DNA from: Azolla caroliniana
Taxonomy: Eukaryota > Plantae > Polypodiophyta
Reading direction: 5' to 3'
NCBI GenBank assembly: GCA_043228905.1
Contig: JBHGNT010000010.1
Location: forward strand, 11,656,001-11,720,000
DNA: 64,000 bases
Shown here: positions 37,588-49,625 of the stretch, piece after piece
How positions within the stretch are numbered: the stretch's first letter is position 1
Layout: every line of letters begins with the position of its first letter
Translations under genes and position numbers: made by a program
The notes under the pieces: generated by a model
The model's database searches: none
What the model saw: the letters and a program-made list of their open reading frames with translations, nothing else
Told to the model about the DNA's origin: nothing

Positions 37588-40368
37588 TTACGGAGAATCA
37601 CTACTATAACTAATATACAATGACGATTCCTCCTCATCATCCTCGGATGTACCAATCAGTGCATTATCTTCGTCATAAACCAAATGGTTTGACTCTAGAT
37701 TATATGTAGCAGATCTCGTTTGCCTTTGACTCGAGCCACCTTGTAGACCTGGTAATTTTTCTTTTATTATATCTATTGTTGACTTCCTTAATCGTCCGGC
37801 TTTTGTAAGTGTGAAGTCGTACATGATGATATCCACATCAGAGATATCAAGGGTCGAGGTGTTACGAATGTTTCGCTTCCTCTTCCTACCTCCCCTTCTT
37901 GTTTGGCATTCAATCATCTCCAATGTATACTTACCTGTAAAAGCATTTGCACTTCTAGTGTTGTACCAATGAACATTTATAGACTTGATCGTGTTTTCTA
38001 TTTCATGCATTAGCACTTCTAGAATTTTACCAACCCAAAATTGGTGGCCATGTGAGTTCTCATCAGCCGGCGTTGCAATCAACATCCCCGCGGTGAGCTC
38101 TTGCAAATTTCCTTGCCATCTAGCTTCGGCGGCTTTGGTCATCCTTGGTCCCACATAAATGTCTCTTTGTTGTGGATGGACCAAGATGTCATTAATCGCA
38201 TTTACTAGTTGCTCCGGACTTCTATTTACGCGATCATGTTGCAACGACCATGTGAATGGCGTTTCCAAATTCCAATTATCAACAGATACACAATTGTCTA
38301 TAATTTCTTTCTGATCACTATAAAATACATCCCACCATGACGTGTCTTGTTGTGCGGCATATTTCTTGGCGGCCTCAATATGCTTTCTTTTTTCTTCTAA
38401 GGCTTGGAGCCATGACCGTTTTTGTTCTGATACCAAGTCGCTCTGCAACTGTCCTTTCTTCTCAATTGGCATTTGCTTAGCTCCATGGACAATTGTACTC
38501 GGCATACAAAGTAATAACTGGCAACCACCTTCAGGTTCCCATGTTGTAGAAGAAGAATATTGTTTGGCATACAAAAGTGTAGAACTACTTATTCCATTTT
38601 TCTTTATCAAAAAAATGTGATTGAAACTTATATTGTTTAATTGAGCAAGCACTTTAACATTCCCACCACCCCCATCTAATATATATCTCTTAAAGTCATA
38701 TACCTCCTTCAAGTGTAACACTTTTGGGCGTGGTGTATAAGCATCACAAATGACATCAAATAGTTTAGGTAAAGTGAAAGCATCATGCCGAGACAACTGT
38801 CTGGAGAATGTGCTAAACATCTGATCTATATGGTCATGTGTGTGGCCAACCAAAAGGAAATTGACTTTCACTTTCCTAAACAATTCTAGGTTGACCAACA
38901 TACTTAGATAGCCAAATACAGTTGAATTTTTGTTCTCTCTAGCAGTATTGTCCAATTGAATGTATAGAACAGGGGGGAAAGGTTGTCCCCAAGGCATCAA
39001 AACTCAGTGAATCACTGTAACTGTTAGGTTAGGGTCATTGTGAACATTGGGGTAAGTAATGAAGATGTGAGGTCGAACAGACCTATTATAAGCCAAGCAT
39101 CCCACCAAGTGCATTTGAACAAGGCACTCATCATTGACATCTTTGGGGAGCCTCCGCATATGCGGCAAGCATGTCTTCTTCTGGTCCATGCCATCTATCA
39201 TTAAGCACATGTATTGTTCGGGCCTCTTCAAACACTTCTCTCTATGATGCATCGCCTTCCTTCGTTCTAAGGATTGTGCCTCACGATGCTCTTGTAGTAA
39301 CTTCTTACTCGTATCCTTTTCCATTGATGTCTTTGCACCTTTAGCCAAACTTTTAAGATTTGCACAAATGGAGCAATACCCCATACGTACTTTACGAGGA
39401 ATAATAACATTTGAAAACCGAGCTCTCCATAATCTTGTGAATTGGCTATATGTGATCGACTTATTACGTGAGCCCAACATATCAGATCGATAGACATCAT
39501 AAACTTCCCGAGGTGTATAATTATCAGAAAGATGCATCCTACCTGTAGTGGGCATTACTTCACAATTTAACTGAAAGTAAGTTTTCATCCAGCCAATAGC
39601 TAGTCTTCCAATTGCACCTTTCATACTTGGAACCTCTTTACAATTGAGCATCTGATCCCCGCTAAGTAGACGTTGTTGTACTCTATGTAGCCGCATGTTA
39701 CTAACACATAACACAATTTTGAATGCAACTCTACATATCTGTTGTGCATGGAAGATATAATACTCGAATGATACTTTGATCCCCGTACATTTGTCAGATA
39801 CTAGTTGCATATGTGACCCGAGGTAAGTGTCTTGCTCATCACCGGTCATCGAAAAATAGTATCACCTTAATTCTCGCAACTTTGATTTTCCAATCATAGA
39901 CATACAACCACGGGCACAACATATTTTGTTGACATCAAATCCAATCTGTTTATCTGATGTCACCAAGCTAAATCTAGCTAGACGAATTCTTCATGGGATT
40001 CTTCTAATATGCATAGGGCTCCCAGATTTCTCTTCCTGCATAGAGGTTGGTGTAACATTGTTACAGTCTAATTCTTTGTTGTGACCATCGCCAATGTTAT
40101 TCAATGTTTCCTGGGCACTTCCTTCATTCTCGGTATCTTTATTAATATCGTATTCTTCAATAGAGAACTCTTCACATGTGTCATTATGTACATTCCCTGT
40201 AGATGAGCTCAGACAATATTCTTCGATAGAATATGGTGAGTCGGTCGACAGACAATATTCTTCAATCGAATATGGTGACTCTGATGACAAACAATACTCT
40301 TCAGTAGAAAACGATGGGTCTGATGACAAACAATATTCTTCAATCGAGAACGGTGAATCTTCACTCAT
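37588..40368 (-). pseudogene. DDD/E-type transposase (Sola-like), ~926 codons, three in-frame TGA stops
   Basis: ORFs 39991-40368, 39004-39849 and 37588-39000 share one frame (stops at 39991, 39862, 39004); motifs CSIC...H, LMIDGMDQ, LYIQLDN...ENKN, FLLVGHTHDHIDQMFS. Confidence 0.8.
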
Positions 40369-41068
40369 GGCTTAAGGTCTAGATAGGGCTCTCTAAGTTA
40401 TGGGCTTAGGGGAAAGAAAAAAACTAATAAGCTCCTCTCTAAACATATACTCCTCTCTAAACATAAACTTCTCTCTAAACAAAAGCCAAATCAATAGAAT
40501 GTCTATATTATGTAATATTCTATTAATACAATACATCAAAAAAATATTTTTAATAAAGTAATTGTACTTAAAATATCAATTATTATATAAACTAGATCTA
40601 TATAAAGTTAAATCAAGTAAAATATAAAACTAATCATTAACAAGCCATGAATATGTTGGATTAATGTTAAAATCATTGGCTAATTAATGGCACCCATTTT
40701 GATATAGAACGTCTCACTCATTGGTTCTTTAATGCTCACCATTTTAAATATTAGACTTATCAATCATTGGTTAATTTATGCCCACATCTTTAATACACAA
40801 CATTTGAGAGTCATAAAAATTGTTGGTTTTAGTAATCAATCATTGGTACATTCATGAACCTCTATCATTGTCTCATTCATAACCTTTGAAGTCATTGTAG
40901 GTTGTTATGACTATAAAAGATTGATCAATATGGTAGTTTGACTTTGTAATCATTAATACAATCATAAGTTTCTCTAGTGAATGTGACTATGGTTACCAAC
41001 TAACTATCCTCAAAGTTACCAACCTAGGTTAAGGTGACTATGGTTACTTTAACCAATGTGTTCAATCC

Positions 41069-41079
41069 CTATAAATAGG
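41069..41079 (+). promoter_or_regulatory. Putative TATA box of the ParB-MTase gene
   Basis: CTATAAATAGG ~150 bp upstream of ATG 41221; the leader has 9-bp CAGAGCACA/CAGAGCGTA repeats. Confidence 0.5.
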
Positions 41080-41220
41080 AAGACCTCGTCATATTTCACT
41101 CACCAGAGCGTACAGAGCGTACAGAGCACACAGAACGTAGAGAGCACACAGAGCACACAAAGCACACAGAGCACAAAGCACGAAAGCGCGATCTCCGCCT
41201 CCACTTCCACACGATCAAAC

Positions 41221-44200
41221 ATGTCTTCAAAGAGAATCGAGCGCGAGGACTCCAGGTAGGCCTCTGACACTGTGGACATTTCTGTAAATATGTTTCGTTT
41301 CTCAAGAACTCGATACGCCGTATCGAGTTCATGTATACAATACAAATATTTATACATGAACTCGATACGGCGTATCGAGTTCATAATTTAATTTTGCTTT
41401 TTATACAGGAACTCGATATGCCGTATCGAGTTCGTGTTTAAAGTGTAGGTTTTAAACAGGAACTCGATACGGCGTATCGAGTTCCTGTTTAAAGTGTAGG
41501 TTTCAAATAGGAACTCGATACGCCATATCGAGTTCGTGTTTAAAACCTACACTTTAAACACGAACTCGATACGGCGTATCGAGTTCCTGTTTAATGTTTG
41601 AATTTTAAACAGGAACTTGATACGCCGTATCGAGTTCCTGTTTAAAGTTTAGGTTTTAAATACGAACTCGATACGCCGTATCGAGTTCCTGTTTAAAGTG
41701 TAGGTTTTAAACAGGAACTCGATACGCCGTATCGAGTTCCTGTATATAAGAAGGCTTTGAGAGAGAAAAATTGTATTTTTGGGGTAACAAATAATTTTGG
41801 GATGGAAAAGTTATCAAATTGTCTGGCAAAATCAGTCTTTTTATGTTGGCTTTCCTTACTTTTAAAAAAAACATGCTCTAATTATAGGTGTTTTATGACC
41901 TACTTTAGCTTAAAATAGTAGAAAATGATCCACAAATTGCCTTTACGATAGCAAATTCTCGTCAATATAGGTTTGGAATCTATATAAGTCATACCTACTA
42001 TTTAAAAGAATATATAACCCTTTTTACTTATTACGATATATATTTTCTAGGTTGAATAGCCCTGCCTATAATAGATTTTTGAATATAGGACTGCTCCTGG
42101 GAACTGTTCTTCATGTTAATATACAACCTTAATCTACGTGACTACCTAACTTATGTTTTTGCATATACTTTCTTAAATAGGTCGTTTGAAAACCTGTCGG
42201 ACCGACTGGTGAAGAAAATAAAGCTTCGCATACAAGGTTCTCCAATCGAAGCCCAGACCAAGGTAGCTCCTGAGACCATGAAGAGAGGAAAACAACTTCT
42301 CTTTAACGAAGAGACAAAATCTCAGCCACATAGTGATGTTAGCCAAAAGAAACTTGTCGCCGCTACTGGAGGTGAAGACCTTCCTGACCGAGATCTAACG
42401 GACAAGGAATGGTGTATGCAATATGTCGACTCAAAGAAAAAAGTCGTATTGTATACAACAAAGAAGAAGGGTGAGGGGCAACTTGGAAAGGAAACCCCAT
42501 TTATGTATGGCCGTATTCTACGATTTGACTACGAAGATGCAGATTCGGCCAACATACTGGTAATGATAGAGTGCTCGAAGGGGGTACGTAAAGTGTTCCT
42601 TTCAGAAGACCTTTTAGTAAAAGAATCTTGTGGGCCAGAAGTGTTCAAAAAAGCACTTGATAGCTCACAAAACCTTATTGTTACCTTGAGGCCTTATATA
42701 CAAGGCCATGTAACTCTAAGAGATGAAGTGCCCTCCCCATTGAAGCCAACAAAAAAGGTTTCCAAAGTCCAGTCAAGACCAGCAAAGAAGAAGACAACGA
42801 AAATGTCGGATACGGATTCAACAAGTGAAAACGAAGAGGAGGATAATAAGGGGACGCCAGGAGCTGAGCTGGCCTCGGGTGTTTTGTCATCCGAGTAGAA
42901 TAAAATAAGGAGAGAGTTAATGCAACGGAAACTGGTCAGGAAAGGGCAAGTATTTAATTTACCTATAACACACATCCATCGGCCCCCTATTGATGAAAAA
43001 ACAGGTCGAAGACCACTTGAGATTAGAGAGCCTCACCGCATGCATGTTCAAAATCTCAAGAAAAAAATGAAAATTAATCCTCATGCCACTGTGGTGCCTT
43101 TCATTGTTATGGTAGATCCTGAAGAATGTGAAACCATTGAAGATTTTGATATTAGAAAACATGATCAATATAATTATTTTGTCATTGGTGGATCGCATTC
43201 AGCAGAGGCATGTCGGCAACTTGTGAGAGAACATCCAACGACTTTCTTCTTCAAGTATGCCGAGTGCAAAATTTATGTTGGGCTCACAACCGAAGAGGCT
43301 AAGCTGTTGGCATGGGACCATAATAATGATAATGACTATAGGCAGAAAATGTCGTCCATTGAGCGTATACGGTTCTTCCACCACGAGTATTTAGATGTGA
43401 AACAAAAGTTTGGTGTGAAGTTACATCCAGGCCTTCGACGTCAATGTCTGCATGAAGTCGGCATTGTGGTAGATGATAATGTTAGGTCCGATGGTCTTCG
43501 AAAGTATGAGTCTTGGTTTCAATTGGCGTTTAGAGATGCAGAAGTATGGGACCTACAAGATCAAATCTTCTCAATGTGGGAGAATAAGGAGGTAAAGGGT
43601 CAACGACAAAAGAAATGTAGGGTTGACCCTCAACTAGAGTTAAAGTCACAAGCCGCCAAGAAAATTGACTTGACAATTGAAGAAGCGGCAGATGACATGA
43701 AGCTGTCTCTATGGAGAGCGATGCAAGGTATTAAGGACGAGCAGCTTCTTGTGTCGGTTTTGTCAAGGGTTGTGGCGAAAGATTTAAGCCTTGAAGAAAT
43801 GGTCACTGAGTTCAATAAGTAAGTCCCTCAAATACTGAAATTGTAGTCTATCTAGTGTAATTCAAAGTTCTAATCTTGATTTCTAATTTTACAGTCATAA
43901 GGTGTACATGAAGATCCAAGAAGTTATGATGAAACAACTTGGATGTATAACTTGGGAACAAGTGACCGAGGATTATCCTCTAACGTCTTCGTATAAGGCG
44001 TTATCAGAGTATTTTATTGCATTCAAGGATTGGGTTAGTATTCATGTTTTTTCATTACCCTTTCATCATATGTAGAGCTTGTATAATAATACCTGATGTC
44101 CTATTGCTTCTAGTAGAAACCGTGTCGAGGCAAGAAACAAGGAGAAGTTAAGGATATACACGATTTCCCTACATCCTTCCTTGCACATCTCGAACGAGCC

Positions 44201-45403
44201 AGAAAAGAAAAGGATCGTCGCTTAGTCAAGGCATACGAAATGGAGGAAGATGGCTCCTTTAAAAAATTTAGCCACAAAAAAGATATTACAAGAGATCTTT
44301 ACTACAATGTGGTTTGCGGTGATGTCATCGACTTGATCCAGAAGGTGCCAAAGAAGGAATATACGCTAATGATTGCGGATATTCCTTACGGATTTCGAAT
44401 GGCTGGGTCATCATACGACGATGAACCGTTTAGGTTTAAACAATTGGAGAAGATGGTCAAGGATTTCGCTGAGCTAACGACCGCATCCTTGTGGCGAATA
44501 GTTGTCTTTCATAGTATGGACCAAGGGTACTCGGTAGCTCAAGCTTTGAGATCTCGTTGCCATGGCATCGAGAACCTTGCATGGTAAGGATTATTTATAG
44601 GTGTCTTTCACTATATTGCATTTCTTAAGGTTGTTGAATCTATTCTTAACTCGATGTATTATTTTTTATAGGATCAAGACCAATGTAAATAGAGGGCCAA
44701 CTTTTCGGTTCGTTAATGCCATTGAATACATAACGGTTGGCTACTTCGATGAAATTAAGAAACAGAGAATCAAAGAGCATTCTAATGAAGTGGGAGGTTC
44801 AAATCTGTTGGTATATCCAACAGTGACTCGGAAATTGCGACATGTCACCACGACAGAATGGGGACTTGTCAACCCATACCAAAAACCTCAACGACTTATG
44901 ATGCACTTGATCGAGATGTTTTCTGTCGAAGGAGACTGGATATTAGATCTCTTTTCTGGCACAGGTATTCCTCGAACTAGGGTAACGATCTTGAGATAAC
45001 CAATCACTTTTTTTTCGTTTGACAACTAAATCTTCTTGTTACTTACATCACAGGAACTACGTCAGCATGTGCATTGAAGCTGTTTAGAAATACAGTTGCA
45101 TTGGAGAAGGACGAGGACCAAGTTATATTTATTAATATGCGGATTAAGGCTTTGTGGGAGTGCCCAGACTAGGATGAGGAGGTCGGTGCAAAGAACCTCG
45201 CCAATACAGAAAGGTTTCAACCTGCTTCGCGAGAGCCTATTCCTCCGTTAGCCGGCGAACCGGGGGAGCTAATAGAGCTTGATGATGAGCTTATAGAAGA
45301 TATTTCGTTGGCTCGACTAACAGGGGAAACCAATGCACGTATAGCCGAAGACAGTTCTACACAAGATGATGAAGAAAATGACGATGAATTGATTGCTATG
45401 TAA
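41221..45403 (+). pseudogene. Six-exon ParB/Srx-like plus beta-class N6A/N4C DNA methyltransferase fusion (~973 aa; two in-frame TAG stops)
   Basis: Exons 41221-41255, 42181-43818, 43895-44033, 44117-44583, 44672-44964, 45054-45403, all GT-AG and in frame (2922 nt). Motifs YFVIGGSH, CGDVIDLI...LMIADIPY, NPYQKP..LM.HLI, ILDLFSGTGTT...ALEKD. TAG at 42896 and 45170. Confidence 0.85.
41306..41739. repeat. Array of nine 25-bp palindromes GAACTCGATACG(C/G)CGTATCGAGTTC, 51-bp period, in intron 1
   Basis: Units start at 41306, 41358, 41409, 41460, 41511, 41562, 41613, 41664, 41715. Confidence 0.95.
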
Positions 45404-46662
45404 TAGACTCTATGAAGAATATGACACTGACGATTTGTTAAGATTTCACATTATTAATACAAATATTGGGTTTTACCTAGTGGATTCTATTCTTTATAAT
45501 CTTCTATATGTTTCAATTTTATTTTTATATACTTGATTAGTAGATTTATGACATTGGTTTCACCGCGTGCATAGCTGACTACCAAACTTATGGAGAAACA
45601 TGAACTAGTTTAAATGGAGGCTGATTTTGGTCCAAGCTAACCTTAACAGAACATGGCCCTATAATTGTTGTCATGACTGTCCATGTTGTTATTATGGATC
45701 TTTGTCTTCTATTGTTAAAACTATTATGTTTCTATTCCATTGCTGCTTAGATTGTGTAGTGTGTTGATAATGGTTCCAGTTGCGTTATCGTTCGGAGTTT
45801 GATCTTGTGTGAATCACCTAAGCAATAGAGTAGAACAATTTTAAATACATGTATGAAAGCCTAATAGGTTTGTTATTTCCACGACATTATCCTAAAGTTC
45901 ACTGCCTTACATTGTGCACAATTATATACACATATGGTTTGATCTCATATGAACAAACTGAGGAATAGATTAGATCAACTTTAAATACAAGTATTGAATA
46001 CTTTAATAAGTTAGTTATTCCAATCACTTATCCTAATGTGCACTATCCTACATTTTCCACAATTACATACATGCACGTATGGGTCAAAGTATAAATTATA
46101 TCTCATTTTATTAGTATGGATACAAGTACACCTCATATTTTTGTAAAACTTACCTAATTAATATAAGTCTTTAAGTTAGTGTTTCCCTTGTCGCACAGTA
46201 GTGCCATATTGAGCCATAGTTGAACTTTATTATGCCTACATTAACTTATCAACATATCTAAACTTGCATGATTTCTAATGATCTCCACTCGTAGATCTAT
46301 CATGTATTTTTATATTTGGAAATTCTCATCAAGTTGAGGAACATGTGATACTAGTGCATCCAATTTTTGTAGAGAGGGTGTATTTGCTTCGTTTTAAGAA
46401 GATTCTACAAGTGGAATGCGCAATCCTTCCACTTGTGAACGCGAACGTGTTACATCAATAATAAAATTTTGTATGAAAGTCATGATGCACCTTCTGCTGG
46501 ACATCCAGGTGTGCAAAGAACATTAGCTTTGATTAAAGCTAGGTTTTTTTGGCCAGAAAAACCTATCTTTAATCAAAGCTAATGTTCTTTGCACACCTGG
46601 ATGTCCAGCAGAAGGGGCATCATGACATTCATACAAAATTTTATTCTTGATGTCCTTTATGT

Positions 46663-47319
46663 TGTTCGGAAACAGGTCCCTCCGGATGAGGAGTACCCGG
46701 CTATGGATGACCTGGTGAGAACCGGATGATGAAGACTCGGTGAGAACCGGATGAGGAGTACCCGGGTACGGATGACCCGGTGAGAACCAGATGATGAGTG
46801 CCCGACAAGCGCCGGATGATGCAGGCCCGGTGAAGAGTGATCACCGGATGAAGGGACATATTCGTAAATATGTTTTTGAGAGTCCATCGGGGCTATATTT
46901 GTAAATAGCCGAAAAGTCATTTTAGTATAAATATGACTTAGGGCAAACTGTTGTGTAGGTATATGTGGGTGTTGTCATTCATGTTGGCGCAAGATTAGAG
47001 CGCAACAGTGTACAGAGAGAGAGAGAGAAAGAAAGAAACGAAGAGGTCGTTGCCTCTGTTGTAACCGCCGCTTGTGGCGAAGATCGTGAGCACAAGGTCA
47101 TTGCCTCCGTGAGCTCACTGTTGTAATCTTTGTGATATAGTGATAGTTCGCAGTCTGTGGGCTGCCGTGGTTTTTCCCTAGTTTGGGTTTTCCACGTAAA
47201 CATCCTGTGTACTCTTTTCTCTCCTCTTTGTCGTGCATTCATTATCCATTTTTTTCTGTGTTTCGATTTTAGACTCGGTTGTGGCCGAGTGTGGTGGAAG
47301 GGAGCGTGCATTCTTGTCA
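46663..47319 (+). mobile_element. Solo LTR, probably Copia-type
   Basis: TG...CA ends, perfect TSD TATGT, TATA at ~46927, CCGGATGA repeats in U3. Confidence 0.85.
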
Positions 47320-47324
47320 TATGT

Positions 47325-48075
47325 GTGGTATGCAAACCTTACTATTGCGGTACAATAACCCATTCCCAATATAGTAAAGGTTCTTCAGGGTAGATGTGGT
47401 TCCATAATCGACGTCAATACCTGTTTCAGATCTCTTCTAGAACTTGGAAAATGTTTTGTCATCAAGGTATTTTTGTTTACCCCGGATCAAATCAAATAAG
47501 TCATCGTTAAATTCCACGAAACTTAGGGCATCAATTTCTGGAATACGACTCAAGGCATCTGCAACGGAATTTAAAGCCCCTTTTCGATATCTAAATTTGA
47601 AATCCAAGTTTTGCATCAACTCGGCCCATCTTGCCTTTCGACCCTTAAAATTCTTTTGAGAGAGGAAGTATTGCAAGGATTTGTGGTTTGTTAAAATAGT
47701 GAATTTACTACCATACAAATAATATCGCAATTTCTTTAAGGCATCAATGATAGCAAATAACTCTATTTCTTGAACCGAATAATTTCTTTGGGCCGAATCC
47801 AATTTTTTGCTTTCAAAAGCAATTGGTCTCCCAAGTTGATCTCTGAATATATCATTCATCAATTGTTGGAATGTGGCTGGAGCATCAATCAACCCAAATG
47901 GCAGAACCCAAAATTCATAATGACCATAACGAGTTCGGAAAGCTGTTTTGGAAACATCTTCTTCCGAAACCCTGATTTGATGATAGCCAGTGTGCAAGTC
48001 TATCTTAGTAAAATATCTTGCACTTTGGAGTCTATCTATCAAGTCATCAGAACGAGTCAAAGGGTAGGAATTGTG
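47325..48075 (-). pseudogene. pol: Gypsy RT / RNase H fragment with internal deletion (right arm of fold-back; continues at 46553-46662)
   Basis: [37 protein letters not shown], then a jump to RPIAFES. Confidence 0.85.
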
Positions 48076-48840
48076 AATGGATATGTAATGTTCATTGGTT
48101 TATCCATCCATCATCGCGTAATTAAAATGCACCTATGGTGATGGATAATTGTGGCCAATTGATTACTGACATTCAACGATCATCACCCTAGTTCTATCGG
48201 CCAAATTTAATTAAATTGATTATCAATGATCATTATCCATATATATGATGATCATCAATTATTTCATCGAAAATTAGATGATCAAGCATCACCTGTAGTC
48301 TATTGGTGGCCAACTTCTAGAGATGCGATCTCCACACATAAGGCCACCTCATGGGCATGGCCATCACATCAAGAGGGGTATATGAAAAATAAAATATAGG
48401 TATTTTTAAGGTGCTTTTATTTTAATAAATATATATTAAATATCTTAACGTAAAACAAACACATACTAATAATAACAATAATTCTATGAAACCTTACTTA
48501 TTTATTTTATTGTAAACCCCTTGGTTTTATTTTGTGCATTAGTCAATCGAACTCAAAGCCTTTTCTTTTAAGGTTATAATAAGGATCTACTAACCAACCC
48601 ATCACACAAATTTTGTTATAATAAGATCTATGTCAAAACCTTAATATATTTATTATATATAACCCCCTACAATAAACCGCACATCAACATATCACCCCCA
48701 AACGGAATCTCTGTGGTGTTTTCGACACTTCCCCAATCCATCATTTAACATACATTAGTACATAAAAAAATAACATATTTTTCCGTACTAAAGCAAACAA
48801 CGCAAATCCAATCAAACAATATTATTTTAGGATTAAAACC

Positions 48841-49260
48841 GCTCTGATACCATATGTAATAACCAAGATCATTAATCTTAAAATAAGGATATAAATGACA
48901 TAATCATACTGAAAATACGCGTTACCACCCATCCGCCCCCGCGCCAGAGTCGACAATGCAGACGAGGAATCCCGATCTGTCCCATACCAGCCAGGATCTC
49001 CATCTTAGGACCTTGGTAGTTGACTAGTCCACATTAAAGAGAGCTTCGTCAGAACCACTCATGGGGATCCCCCTAACTAATGAGAGTATGCCCTATTTAT
49101 AGGACCTAGGCCATGTAATGACATCTACCTAACCAATCATGTGTGGGATACCCAATGACACACATTAGGTTAGTCCAATAAAGCCGACAACTCAGATATT
49201 ACAGTATGATAGCCCCCAAAAAAGCACGTCGAAACCAATGAACATTACATACTCCCCCCC
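48841..49260 (-). mobile_element. Chromovirus-type LTR (48855-49249) flanked by both a PPT and a PBS-Met
   Basis: TGTAAT...ATTACA; GCTCTGATACCA at 48841-48852; CTCCCCCCC at 49252-49260. Confidence 0.82.
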
Positions 49261-49290
49261 TTTGTTTAATTGCACTCTTGCAATGGGAAG

Positions 49291-49625
49291 TTAGGAAAAT
49301 GTTTGCGTAAATGTCTTTTCAATTTCCGATGTGCTTTCTTCTTCCAATCTATCCTTCCACTTAACCTTAGAGTGATGAACAACTTTTGACCTTAGGTTTC
49401 TAGACCTATGATCGATGATTTTCTTAGGTACATGTGGAGCAAAATGATCATTCTCCAATATTAATAAATTATACAGTGATACAACATTATCATCATAACC
49501 AATCGCCTCCTTTAATTGACTCACATGGAATACGGGATGAACCATACCATTGGAAGGGAAATCCAAACGATAAACATTGGGACCTATCCGTTTTAAAACT
49601 TTATATGGTCCACAATACCGTGGGG
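49291..49625 (-). pseudogene. Gypsy integrase C-terminus with chromodomain
   Basis: PRYCGPYKVLKRIG..VYRL...VHPVFHVSQLK and PKKIIDHR...KVKWKD...EESTSE. Confidence 0.85.

Larger units (their letters stand above)
37230..46451. mobile_element. Sola-like TIR DNA transposon carrying a ParB-methyltransferase gene
   Basis: 36-bp TIRs AACACGTTCGCGTTCACAAGTGGAAGGAT(C/T)GCGCAT; TSD ACAT (37226-37229 / 46452-46455); host frame restored on removal. Confidence 0.92.

Noticed and set aside
41306-41739. CRISPR array
   Set aside because: Spacers are mostly copies or inversions of each other, there are no cas genes, and the array lies in a eukaryotic intron.
41221-45403. Bacterial or phage contamination as source of the MTase
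   Set aside because: The gene has five spliceosomal-type introns and sits in a TSD-flanked element inside a plant-type retrotransposon fragment.
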